From a virus (lineage: Duplodnaviria > Caudoviricetes), in the IMG/VR virus record IMGVR_UViG_3300025133_009061, positions 1-64,000 of that record: a stretch of DNA of 64,000 nt, one strand, 5' to 3'. The notes beneath the pieces are model-generated. The model ran no database searches. It was not told where the DNA came from and saw nothing but the letters and a program-made list of their open reading frames with translations. The position numbers and the translations under genes are program-made. Position 1 is the first letter of the stretch; every line of letters starts with the position of its first letter. Positions 53,957 to 62,156 of the stretch are shown one piece after another.

Positions 53957-55054
53957 ATGGCAGAAAAGAAAAAAAAGAAAGAGTCTAAACTATTTGACGA
54001 CCCCATTGCTCAAATAAAGAGTTATCTTGATGAAAACAAAGAGGATCACTTTAACTTTGAAGAGGCTCCTACCTACGTGGTTTCCAGTGGAAGTTTGTTA
54101 CTGGATATAGAAATGGGAGGAGGAATTCGTCCTTCTATCATCCGTGCTTCCGGTCTAGCGGAAGGAGGTAAAACTTCATGCGCTCTTTCTTTTGCTAAAA
54201 ACTTTCAGAACACGGTAGATAACGGGATGGTTATCTATATAAAGTCGGAAGGAAGGCTTTCCCCTGAAATGATCGAACGCTCAGGGGTGGATACTTCTCC
54301 AGAAAAATGGTTTGTTTATAAAAGTAACATTTTTGAGAGCATCTTGCAATTAATGAAGGATTTAGTTACAAACAATTCCACAGACTGTAAATATTTTTTT
54401 ATTGTTGATTCGATGGATGCCATGGTTCCCAAAAACGACATAGATAAACCGTTTGAGGAATCCGATAAAGTTGCGGGGGGGTCGGTTTTAAGCTCTAACT
54501 TTTTGAAGAAAATGGCGTTGGCTCTTTCGAGTAGGGGTCATATTTGCTTTATGATTTCTCAAGTAAGGAGCAAAGTTAGCGTCAATAAGTTTGACACGGG
54601 TGACCCCAAACTTACAAACGCTTCCGGAGGAAACGCGTTGCTCCACTATTCGGACTGGATTTTGGAGTTTCAGCCCCGCTACCAAAAAGATATGATACCC
54701 CCCAAGTCAGACAGTCCACAAGGACACAACTGCAAGGTTATCTTCAGAAAGTCCGCAAATGAAAAAACGGGTAAAAAGGTAGAGTACCCAATTAAATATG
54801 GCCGCACAAACGGCAGAAGCGTCTGGACAGAGTATGAAGTTATCGGAATGCTTTTGCAGTGGGAGATGGCTAAAGCCAGCGGCGCTTGGATCACCGTGGG
54901 AGAACCTTTAATTAAAGAACTTAAAAAGGCGGGCTTAGAAATGACGGTCAAACATCACGGCGAAGAGAATTTGCGTAAATACTTGGAAGATAATATAAAA
55001 ATATGCGAGTTCCTTTTTAATAAATTTAGAAAAGCTTTACAAATTACAAAGTGA
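53957..55054 (+). CDS. recA: RecA/UvsX-family recombinase
   Basis: SSGSLLLD, GLAEGGKTS, IVDS, ISQVR, SGGNALLHYS. Confidence 0.93.
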   Translation: MAEKKKKKESKLFDDPIAQIKSYLDENKEDHFNFEEAPTYVVSSGSLLLDIEMGGGIRPSIIRASGLAEGGKTSCALSFAKNFQNTVDNGMVIYIKSEGRLSPEMIERSGVDTSPEKWFVYKSNIFESILQLMKDLVTNNSTDCKYFFIVDSMDAMVPKNDIDKPFEESDKVAGGSVLSSNFLKKMALALSSRGHICFMISQVRSKVSVNKFDTGDPKLTNASGGNALLHYSDWILEFQPRYQKDMIPPKSDSPQGHNCKVIFRKSANEKTGKKVEYPIKYGRTNGRSVWTEYEVIGMLLQWEMAKASGAWITVGEPLIKELKKAGLEMTVKHHGEENLRKYLEDNIKICEFLFNKFRKALQITK

Positions 55055-55467
55055 AGCTTTACAACACTTATGGAAGACTCGTATCTAAGAACGTTCAAAA
55101 GTATCGCGTTAAATGGGAAGGTAAATGCCGCTCCAACATTCAATTTAAAGTTAAACAATTTTTTAAACCTTATTGGATAAATCACATTTGCTATGAAGAA
55201 TTCCCCGTTTATGGAACACGAATGAAGGTAGACATGATAAATATGACAAAACGTATTGCCGTAGAAGTTCAGGGCGCTCAACACGAGTCTTTCAATAAGT
55301 TTTTTCACGGTAATTCTCGCGCAAAATACCTTGCTTCCATAAAAAGAGATTATGAGAAAAGGATATGGCTTGAAAATAATAATTTTAAAGTTTTAGAAAT
55401 AAGAGAAGAAGATTTAGCGTCCCTTTCTAGGGGGTACATTTTGGAGAAATTTGAAGTAAACATTTAA
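55051..55467 (+). CDS. Restriction-endonuclease-fold (Vsr/DUF559-like) nuclease
   Basis: EEFPV...VDMIN...AVEVQGAQH...D.EKRIW. Confidence 0.75.
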   Translation: MKLYNTYGRLVSKNVQKYRVKWEGKCRSNIQFKVKQFFKPYWINHICYEEFPVYGTRMKVDMINMTKRIAVEVQGAQHESFNKFFHGNSRAKYLASIKRDYEKRIWLENNNFKVLEIREEDLASLSRGYILEKFEVNI

Positions 55468-55470
55468 AAT

Positions 55471-55481
55471 AGTGTAATTAT
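55471..55481 (+). promoter_or_regulatory. GTGTAAT-class phage promoter motif
   Basis: AAATAGTGTAATTATCC is identical to the site before the tape measure gene; 4 nt to the ATG. Confidence 0.75.
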
Positions 55482-55485
55482 CCTT

Positions 55486-55770
55486 ATGACAGTAAACGAA
55501 GAGAATAGAATACCGGATATCTTGTTGGATCAGTTAAGTGAATGGTCCTGTGGGGGGTTCATGCTTTTCAATTTTGACGAACAAGGTAACCCGCAGGTTT
55601 ATTCGAAGGCGGAAGACGAAATGAATGCTATGTCTTTACAATACTTTGTGAGTCATTGGTCAAACGCGATGGAGACAATGAACTCGGACAGTTTTATGAA
55701 CAATTTAAATACTGTCTTTAAAAAACAAGATAAACAAGACGAAGAAGAAGGGTTTGAAGAAAATGAGTGA
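55486..55770 (+). CDS. Hypothetical acidic protein co-transcribed with the tubulin gene
   Basis: 94 aa; its stop overlaps the tubulin start. Confidence 0.75.
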   Translation: MTVNEENRIPDILLDQLSEWSCGGFMLFNFDEQGNPQVYSKAEDEMNAMSLQYFVSHWSNAMETMNSDSFMNNLNTVFKKQDKQDEEEGFEENE

Positions 55771-57052
55771 TACCAGTATAAACGAATACTATCCAGAAAA
55801 TAAACCATCCGAAGCGGTCCCCTCTCTTGTAGCGGGAGAAGCTATTACTCCTCCAAGCGGCGCACTACTACCAGAGAGTGACGCAACACCTGAGGAACAA
55901 AAAGAGGCTCTTGGGGTAACACCTACGGAAGTAACCGATTTAGGAATAGACCTTCCAGACATTCCACTTCCTGACGACGAACCCTTAGAGGACGATATTA
56001 AAGACGAGTTTAAAGATGCCGCCTTTAATTTTGCAGTTGTGGGGGTAGGCCAAGGGGGGTCTAGAATTGCGGAATCTTTTTGGAACTTAGGTTATCGGAG
56101 AGTAGGTATAATAAATACCGCTCAACAAGATTTATCTTTGATTAATATCCCCGATGAGAACAAGCTTCTCATAGGGGATGGGGGAGCTGGGAAAAATCCA
56201 GAAGCCGCAGATGAAGTTTTCCGGACGAGGTACGAAGACATTTTAGACTTTCTCAAGAAGACTTTTGGGAATGGATACGAAAGAGTTTTGGTTTGTGCGG
56301 GGGCAGGAGGAGGCACCGGAGCCGGAGGTGTCGCTAGGGTTATAGATATATGCCACGACCTTAGTCAATCGCTGGGTAAAGAAAAGAAAGATACGGACGC
56401 AAAAATTGGCTGTATTCTGGCTCTTCCGACAAGGGGAGAGGGGATAAAGGTTCAGGAGAACGCCAAGAATACGGTTCTTAGAACGCTCGAGCTTCAAAAA
56501 GCCGGGGTAGTTTCTCCATTGGTCATTTTAGATAATGAAAAAATTAAGCAACTTTACCCCAAGCTGAGCGTTAATCAGTTTTGGGGCACGGCAAACAACA
56601 GCGTCTGCTCCATCTTCCACCTCTTTAATAAGATTTCGGCGAAAGAGTCAGCTTACACCACTTTCGACAAGGCCGATCTGGATACCATTTTCTCTTCTGG
56701 GATAATCATGTTCGGAGCGACACCGGTAAAGGATTATACCGATACGGGCATATCCTACGCGGTAAGAGATAACTTGCGCAAAAACATCTTAGCAGGGATA
56801 GACGCGGCTACAGGAAATGTGGCCGCATGCGTTATTATTGGCGACAAAGGGTCTCTCGACAGGATTCCTCAATCCAGTTTGGAGCATGGGTTTGAGCAAC
56901 TGAGTCGAATGATGGGGGCTGGATCAACTGTTCATAGGGGAATTTACGCAGGAGCAAAGGAAGGCGTAGCTGTATACACAGCGATAGGCGGCTTACAGGC
57001 TCCTGATACTCTTTTTGACTATTTCTTCAAGGTAGATCGGGTATACAAATAA
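55763..57052 (+). CDS. Tubulin/FtsZ-family GTPase with an acidic N-terminal extension
   Basis: VVGVGQGGSRIA, INTA, GAGK, GAGGGTGAG signature, LDNE, FDKAD (T7 loop). Start ATG 55763. Confidence 0.9.
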   Translation: MSDTSINEYYPENKPSEAVPSLVAGEAITPPSGALLPESDATPEEQKEALGVTPTEVTDLGIDLPDIPLPDDEPLEDDIKDEFKDAAFNFAVVGVGQGGSRIAESFWNLGYRRVGIINTAQQDLSLINIPDENKLLIGDGGAGKNPEAADEVFRTRYEDILDFLKKTFGNGYERVLVCAGAGGGTGAGGVARVIDICHDLSQSLGKEKKDTDAKIGCILALPTRGEGIKVQENAKNTVLRTLELQKAGVVSPLVILDNEKIKQLYPKLSVNQFWGTANNSVCSIFHLFNKISAKESAYTTFDKADLDTIFSSGIIMFGATPVKDYTDTGISYAVRDNLRKNILAGIDAATGNVAACVIIGDKGSLDRIPQSSLEHGFEQLSRMMGAGSTVHRGIYAGAKEGVAVYTAIGGLQAPDTLFDYFFKVDRVYK

Positions 57053-57055
57053 TAG

Positions 57056-58567
57056 ATGCCCATATACTCTAATCAGATCGAGAGTCACGTCTTAGGCGGA
57101 CTTCTCAAACACCCTGATGTATTATCCGAGATAGATTCCTTCGTTAATGCAGCGGATTTTTATAATGACATTCATCAGACTATTTTTTGTGTTTTAAGGG
57201 ATTCCGTCCTTAATAACGAAAAGGTAGATAAGGTACTCGTTGCCACAAAAATATCTAATCTCGGGATTTCGTCCAAAGACGACATTGACATTTATGATTA
57301 CATCAATACGTTAAGTCATACGTCTATAACACGTGAGGCAGTCGCCGACTTCTGCAAAGAACTTAAGAAAGTCAGAGTTAGGAGAGAGTTAAGTGAAACC
57401 GCCGATCGAATAAAAGAGCACGTTTCCAAATTCTCAAATGATGATTTGGATTCAATTATAGCTTCAACGGATGCCATTTATAGTGAAAAGATCCTGAGTT
57501 ATTCGTTTGAAGACGCTCCGCAGAATGTTTTCGAAGATATTGAGTCGAAAATTAACGAAAGAGCAGATAACCCCGTTGAAGATACAGGGCTCATGACCCC
57601 CTTCCCCGCGTTTAACCGCCTTTATGGGGGGTTAAGGGATGGAAATATTTACGCTATCGTTTCTAGGCCAGCACAAGGCAAAACAACCTTCATAAATGAA
57701 ATGTGTCTTGGGACGGCGATTAGAAATAATGTTCCGGTATTAGTGCTCGACACAGAAATGGGGACCGAGGAAATCCAATTTCGAATGGCGGCAGCACAAA
57801 CAGGAGTCCCCCTTTGGCACCTTGAGACAGGGAGGTGGAGAAGCGATGAAGAAATGGCTCCCAAAGTAGAAGAGTATTTTTCGGAACTCAAAAAACACAA
57901 ATATTTCCATTACCACGTCAAGAATAAAACGGCTGATGAAGTATGTGCTATTATACGTAGATGGCACATGAGATACGTGGGCCGAGAAAACAGATGTATC
58001 GTTGCGTACGATTACGTTAAACTAACAGGAGAAAAGGTGGATAGAAACTGGGCCGAACACCAAGCTATTGGAGAAAAGATAGACAAACTTAAACGTGTGG
58101 CTGAAGAAATAAAAGCTCCTCTCATCACCGCCATGCAAATGAACCGTTCTGGTGAAAACTTAGTAGACGATAGTTCAGCCATCTCACTTTCCGATCGTCT
58201 CCAGTGGTTTGCTACGTTTGTTGCAATTTTCCGGCGAAAGACGATAGACGAAATGGATAATGATGGTGAAAGATTTGGGACTCATAAACTTATCCCCCTA
58301 AAGACGCGTTTTCAAGGACGGGAAGCTGCGGGACATCAGGATTTGATAAGAAGAAGAGTTACGGAGGTAATATATGGACAACAAGTAGAGAACGAAAAAT
58401 ATGTAAAAAATTATTTAAATTTTAGAGTGGAAAACTTTAAGGTAAAGGAAGAAGGAACGTTAGAAGACATAGTCAGGCACGATCACCAACCTCGTAACAT
58501 TCAACCTGAAACCACCGCTGAGTCGGGAATGGATGTTTTTATGGGGACCGGACCCACCACTACTTGA
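57056..58567 (+). CDS. dnaB: Replicative DNA helicase
   Basis: ESHVLGGLL, SRPAQGKTT, DTEM, YDYVKL, AMQMNR, LKTR. Confidence 0.92.
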   Translation: MPIYSNQIESHVLGGLLKHPDVLSEIDSFVNAADFYNDIHQTIFCVLRDSVLNNEKVDKVLVATKISNLGISSKDDIDIYDYINTLSHTSITREAVADFCKELKKVRVRRELSETADRIKEHVSKFSNDDLDSIIASTDAIYSEKILSYSFEDAPQNVFEDIESKINERADNPVEDTGLMTPFPAFNRLYGGLRDGNIYAIVSRPAQGKTTFINEMCLGTAIRNNVPVLVLDTEMGTEEIQFRMAAAQTGVPLWHLETGRWRSDEEMAPKVEEYFSELKKHKYFHYHVKNKTADEVCAIIRRWHMRYVGRENRCIVAYDYVKLTGEKVDRNWAEHQAIGEKIDKLKRVAEEIKAPLITAMQMNRSGENLVDDSSAISLSDRLQWFATFVAIFRRKTIDEMDNDGERFGTHKLIPLKTRFQGREAAGHQDLIRRRVTEVIYGQQVENEKYVKNYLNFRVENFKVKEEGTLEDIVRHDHQPRNIQPETTAESGMDVFMGTGPTTT

Positions 58568-59463
58568 TGGATTATGACATAAAAGAAATATTGTCCGAAC
58601 TGGGGTACTCCCTCCTCGACATGGGAAAGGAATACAGAACTAGTCCTCTCTACAGAGACTCAAGTAGCAACTCTGTTTTGTGTATAAAAAAGGATACGGG
58701 ACGCTGGATCGACTACAAAGACCAAAGATACGGCCGGTTCGAAGAGTTGGTGCAAATCACCCTTAATCTCAAAGATATTTCCGAAGCTAAGCAATATCTG
58801 GTTAAAGAATTTCATTTTGTAGCTCCCAAGCTGGAAAAAGAAAAACTTAAGAGTCCAAAAATATTCGGGAAAGAGAACCTAAAACACATCATCCCAGCTT
58901 ATTCTTATTGGACCAAACGAGGAGTGTCCCCAGACACTCTCAAGTTGTTGGAGAGCGGTGTTATGACGTCAGGAAAAATGGAAAACAGATATGTTTTTCC
59001 TATTTTTGATAGAACTAACAGGCTCGTGGGGGTAGCGGGAAGAGACATAACAAATAAGAGTCAAACTAAATGGAAGCTCGTGGGGGAAAAACGGTTATGG
59101 GTTTATCCCCTGAAGTACAATATGAAATATTTTACGAAAAACGGGAGCGTTATACTGGTGGAGAGCATTGGTGACATGTTGGCGTTATGGGAAGTTGGTA
59201 TAAGAAATGTTATTGTTACTTTTGGACTTTTTGTATCACCTAAGATCAAACAAACTTTGATGATGATTAATGCTCAAAAAATTTATATAGCTTTTAACAA
59301 CGATACGAATAATGCCGGAAACGAAGGAGCAACAAAAGCCTACCACAACCTCACTAAACAATTTGATGACTACCAAGTAGAAATAACCCTTCCTCCGAAA
59401 AATGACTTTGGAAACATGACTAAGGACGAAATACTAGAATGGAAAAGCCAAATAAAAATATAA
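58567..59463 (+). CDS. dnaG: DNA primase (TOPRIM) with a degenerate zinc finger
   Basis: RYVFPI, GVAGR, LVESIGD, AFNND...G..GA. ATG 58567 overlaps the dnaB TGA. Confidence 0.85.
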   Translation: MDYDIKEILSELGYSLLDMGKEYRTSPLYRDSSSNSVLCIKKDTGRWIDYKDQRYGRFEELVQITLNLKDISEAKQYLVKEFHFVAPKLEKEKLKSPKIFGKENLKHIIPAYSYWTKRGVSPDTLKLLESGVMTSGKMENRYVFPIFDRTNRLVGVAGRDITNKSQTKWKLVGEKRLWVYPLKYNMKYFTKNGSVILVESIGDMLALWEVGIRNVIVTFGLFVSPKIKQTLMMINAQKIYIAFNNDTNNAGNEGATKAYHNLTKQFDDYQVEITLPPKNDFGNMTKDEILEWKSQIKI

Positions 59464-60434
59464 AAGAAAGAGTCCTTTCAGCGTCCAGACTGAAAACTCT
59501 CGAGACCTGTTCTTGGTCTTACTGGTGCAACTACCACCTCAGACTCCCCCAAAAACAAAACGAGGGAGCTCTTCGAGGCACGGTTTGTCATTTGGTTTTC
59601 GAAATGCTCGTCAAAAAGAAACACAAAAAGCACTACACCTTAATAACCAAAGGAGGTCACATAAGGGGGAGCGCTGCGGTTTACCGTCTAGTAATGAAAC
59701 ACTTGATCCAAATGGAAAAAAGTTTCGACCTCCCCATGACCAACGAGGAAAACACCACCCTCATGAATGACATGATCTTGGTAGGCTTACGTTGTGACTT
59801 TTTCGGAACAGGTGGAAAGGTGGATAAACCAGAGCACGAATTCCTACTTGAAAACAAGAACCCGCCATACAAAATAAGAGGGTTTATTGATAAACCTATC
59901 GTTTATAAAAAGAACAAACAAATAAAAATTGTAGATTACAAAAGCAGTAAATATAAATTTCGAGGGGAGGAACTTCATTCTAATATTCAGGCGATGGTCT
60001 ATACGCTTGCTTCTAAAAATGAATGGAAGGGGTACAAGCCCACTGTTGAGTTTCAATTTTTACGTTTCCCTAGGCAACCCCTTCAGCAGTTACAGTTCAC
60101 AGATGCCCAATTGAGCGGTCTCGAATACTATTTATCCCACGCTTTCGGGGTAATAAATAACTTTACGGAAGAAACCGCGGTCACCAATTATGCCGCCGAC
60201 AAAAAGAAAGATGCGTGGTTATGTAAAATAGGAAAATGGCGCTGTCCATACATTGATGCCTATGATTATTTTGTGGTAGTTGATAAAAAAGGAGAGGAGA
60301 TACAGAAGTCTTTTAAGAAGGAGGACCTTCAAAAAGGCTTAAAAAAGGGGCAAAAAATAGAAACAAGAAGCTATGACGGCTGCCCACGACACAAAGGAAT
60401 GTCTGAAGATAATATCCTTGACATGTTCGCCTAA
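59439..60434 (+). CDS. PD-(D/E)XK nuclease (RecB/AddB/Cas4-like)
   Basis: LSASRL.T..CSW, GT..H, RGFID, IVDYKSS, Q...Y, C..G...CPY. Confidence 0.85.
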   Translation: MEKPNKNIKERVLSASRLKTLETCSWSYWCNYHLRLPQKQNEGALRGTVCHLVFEMLVKKKHKKHYTLITKGGHIRGSAAVYRLVMKHLIQMEKSFDLPMTNEENTTLMNDMILVGLRCDFFGTGGKVDKPEHEFLLENKNPPYKIRGFIDKPIVYKKNKQIKIVDYKSSKYKFRGEELHSNIQAMVYTLASKNEWKGYKPTVEFQFLRFPRQPLQQLQFTDAQLSGLEYYLSHAFGVINNFTEETAVTNYAADKKKDAWLCKIGKWRCPYIDAYDYFVVVDKKGEEIQKSFKKEDLQKGLKKGQKIETRSYDGCPRHKGMSEDNILDMFA

Positions 60435-60454
60435 AACACGTACACTCGGTGTTC

Positions 60455-61219
60455 ATGGATGAGATACTCCCCATATTTAAAAGCCATTACAGTTTGGGAC
60501 GTTCAATTTTAACCCTAAACAAACCGAAAAATACTCCTGAAAACGAAGGCGCGGATTCAATTTTTGATATTTGTCAAGAGGGCGGAATAAAAGATTTATT
60601 TCTAGTGGAAGATAATATGGCGGGTTTTTTGGAGGCTTACGCTAATGCCGAAGAGCTTCAAATAAAATTAATTTTTGGATTAAGGCTTACTTTCTGCTTG
60701 GATAACTCGAACAAAAGCGAAGAAGGGAGACGAAACTCCTACAAGAATATAATTTTTGCTAAAAACGCTGAAGGCTACAAACAACTTATTAAAATTTATA
60801 CCCGCGCTGCTCAAGAAGGGTTTTATTACGAACCTCGTATAGATTTCAACAGCTTGAAGCAATTCTGGACCGACGACTTACTATTAACTGTCCCCTTTTA
60901 TGATTCGTTTCTCTACTTAAATAAATATACCGATTCGAAATGTGTACCAGATTTTTCTTACGCTACTCCTACGTTTTTTCTCGAAGATAACGATACTCTC
61001 TTAGATCGGGACATGGGTAAGAGAGTGAAGGATTTTTGTGCAAATAAATATCAAATAATTCGCACTAAAAGTATTTATTATAAAAACAGAGAAGACTTTG
61101 GCGCGTACTTAACCTTTCGCTGCATCAACAAGAGAACGAATGTTCAGAAGCCGAACATGGACGGCATGTGTTCTGGTGAATTTTGTTACGAAAGTTACTT
61201 GGAGGTGGTAAATGGATAA
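60455..61219 (+). CDS. Stand-alone PHP domain of DNA polymerase III alpha
   Basis: FKSHYSLGRSIL, LVEDNMAGF, IFAKNAEGYKQL, PRID. Several PHP metal ligands look replaced. Confidence 0.8.
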   Translation: MDEILPIFKSHYSLGRSILTLNKPKNTPENEGADSIFDICQEGGIKDLFLVEDNMAGFLEAYANAEELQIKLIFGLRLTFCLDNSNKSEEGRRNSYKNIIFAKNAEGYKQLIKIYTRAAQEGFYYEPRIDFNSLKQFWTDDLLLTVPFYDSFLYLNKYTDSKCVPDFSYATPTFFLEDNDTLLDRDMGKRVKDFCANKYQIIRTKSIYYKNREDFGAYLTFRCINKRTNVQKPNMDGMCSGEFCYESYLEVVNG

Positions 61220-61877
61220 TCACTTATTAAGGTTTCAAAAGAAAAAATTTCTTTTTTTAGATTTCGAGACCTTTAACCTTAACCATCATTCTGATTTTAA
61301 CTTACCATGGCAGGTTGGTTTAATCTACCTCGAAACAGACGAAGGAGCCAACGGAAAAATAAGAAATAAGGAACTTTGTCGCCATGATCTGTACCTTAAA
61401 TGGGATAGTGACTTACGAATTGGCAAGGAAGCTAAAAAAATAACTGGCTACACCGAAAAGAGATTTCAAGAAAAGTGTATCCCTCAAGAAAAAGCGTTTG
61501 AGATAGTTTACGACTTGGTTGAGAAATGTGATTATATAGTAGGGCATAACGTCTTAGGTTTTGATGTTTATTTACTGAGAAATTGGTACAAAAAACACGG
61601 AAAAAAATACAATGACCTACCGTATAAAATACTCGATACTTTTGCTATGGCAAAATCAATAGGATTGAATTATGGTTATAAAAGCGCAGAATGTAGTTTG
61701 CTAGATTTTCAATTAAAAATGATTAATATCCGCAAAAAAGGCCTTCGAACCAGTTTGGGAGCTTTAGGTAAATCTTACGATGTTAAATATGACGCCTCTA
61801 AACTTCACGACGCGTTAGCTGATTTAGAGCTAAATATAAAAGTTTGGGATAAACTTAAGTATCACATAGATTTTTAA
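61212..61877 (+). CDS. DEDDh 3'-5' exonuclease (epsilon-like)
   Basis: LDFET, GHNVLGFD, HDALAD. Confidence 0.88.
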   Translation: MDNHLLRFQKKKFLFLDFETFNLNHHSDFNLPWQVGLIYLETDEGANGKIRNKELCRHDLYLKWDSDLRIGKEAKKITGYTEKRFQEKCIPQEKAFEIVYDLVEKCDYIVGHNVLGFDVYLLRNWYKKHGKKYNDLPYKILDTFAMAKSIGLNYGYKSAECSLLDFQLKMINIRKKGLRTSLGALGKSYDVKYDASKLHDALADLELNIKVWDKLKYHIDF

Positions 61878-61882
61878 ATAAA

Positions 61883-61890
61883 AGTGTAAT
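61883..61890 (+). promoter_or_regulatory. GTGTAAT-class motif
   Basis: AGTGTAAT in a 30-nt gap, followed by the inverted repeat AGGTAT-A-ATACCT. Confidence 0.55.
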
Positions 61891-61907
61891 GTAGGTATAA
61901 TACCTGC

Positions 61908-62156
61908 ATGCCAAGTCTAGATTTTATATATGACATCACAGAGAAGCTGGATGAAGAAAAGCTCGATTACCTCGTGCTCGCCATCAGAGAAGGGCGCAAA
62001 GAGGACAAAGTTGATGTGTTTTTTAGGGTGGATAAAGAAGCGGAACAGGTTTTCATCGCTTCTCTCGACCGAATAAAAGAAATAATAGAAGAAAGAGATG
62101 ACGACGATTGTCCGCCCACCAAGCCCAAAGCTAAAAGGAAAAGAAGAAAGAAGTAA
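61908..62156 (+). CDS. Hypothetical protein with a basic tail
   Basis: 82 aa, ending KPKAKRKRRKK. Confidence 0.7.
   Translation: MPSLDFIYDITEKLDEEKLDYLVLAIREGRKEDKVDVFFRVDKEAEQVFIASLDRIKEIIEERDDDDCPPTKPKAKRKRRKK

Noticed and set aside
59439-60434. CRISPR Cas4 or a CRISPR locus
   Set aside because: No array or other cas genes; this is a typical phage PD-(D/E)XK exonuclease in a replication operon.
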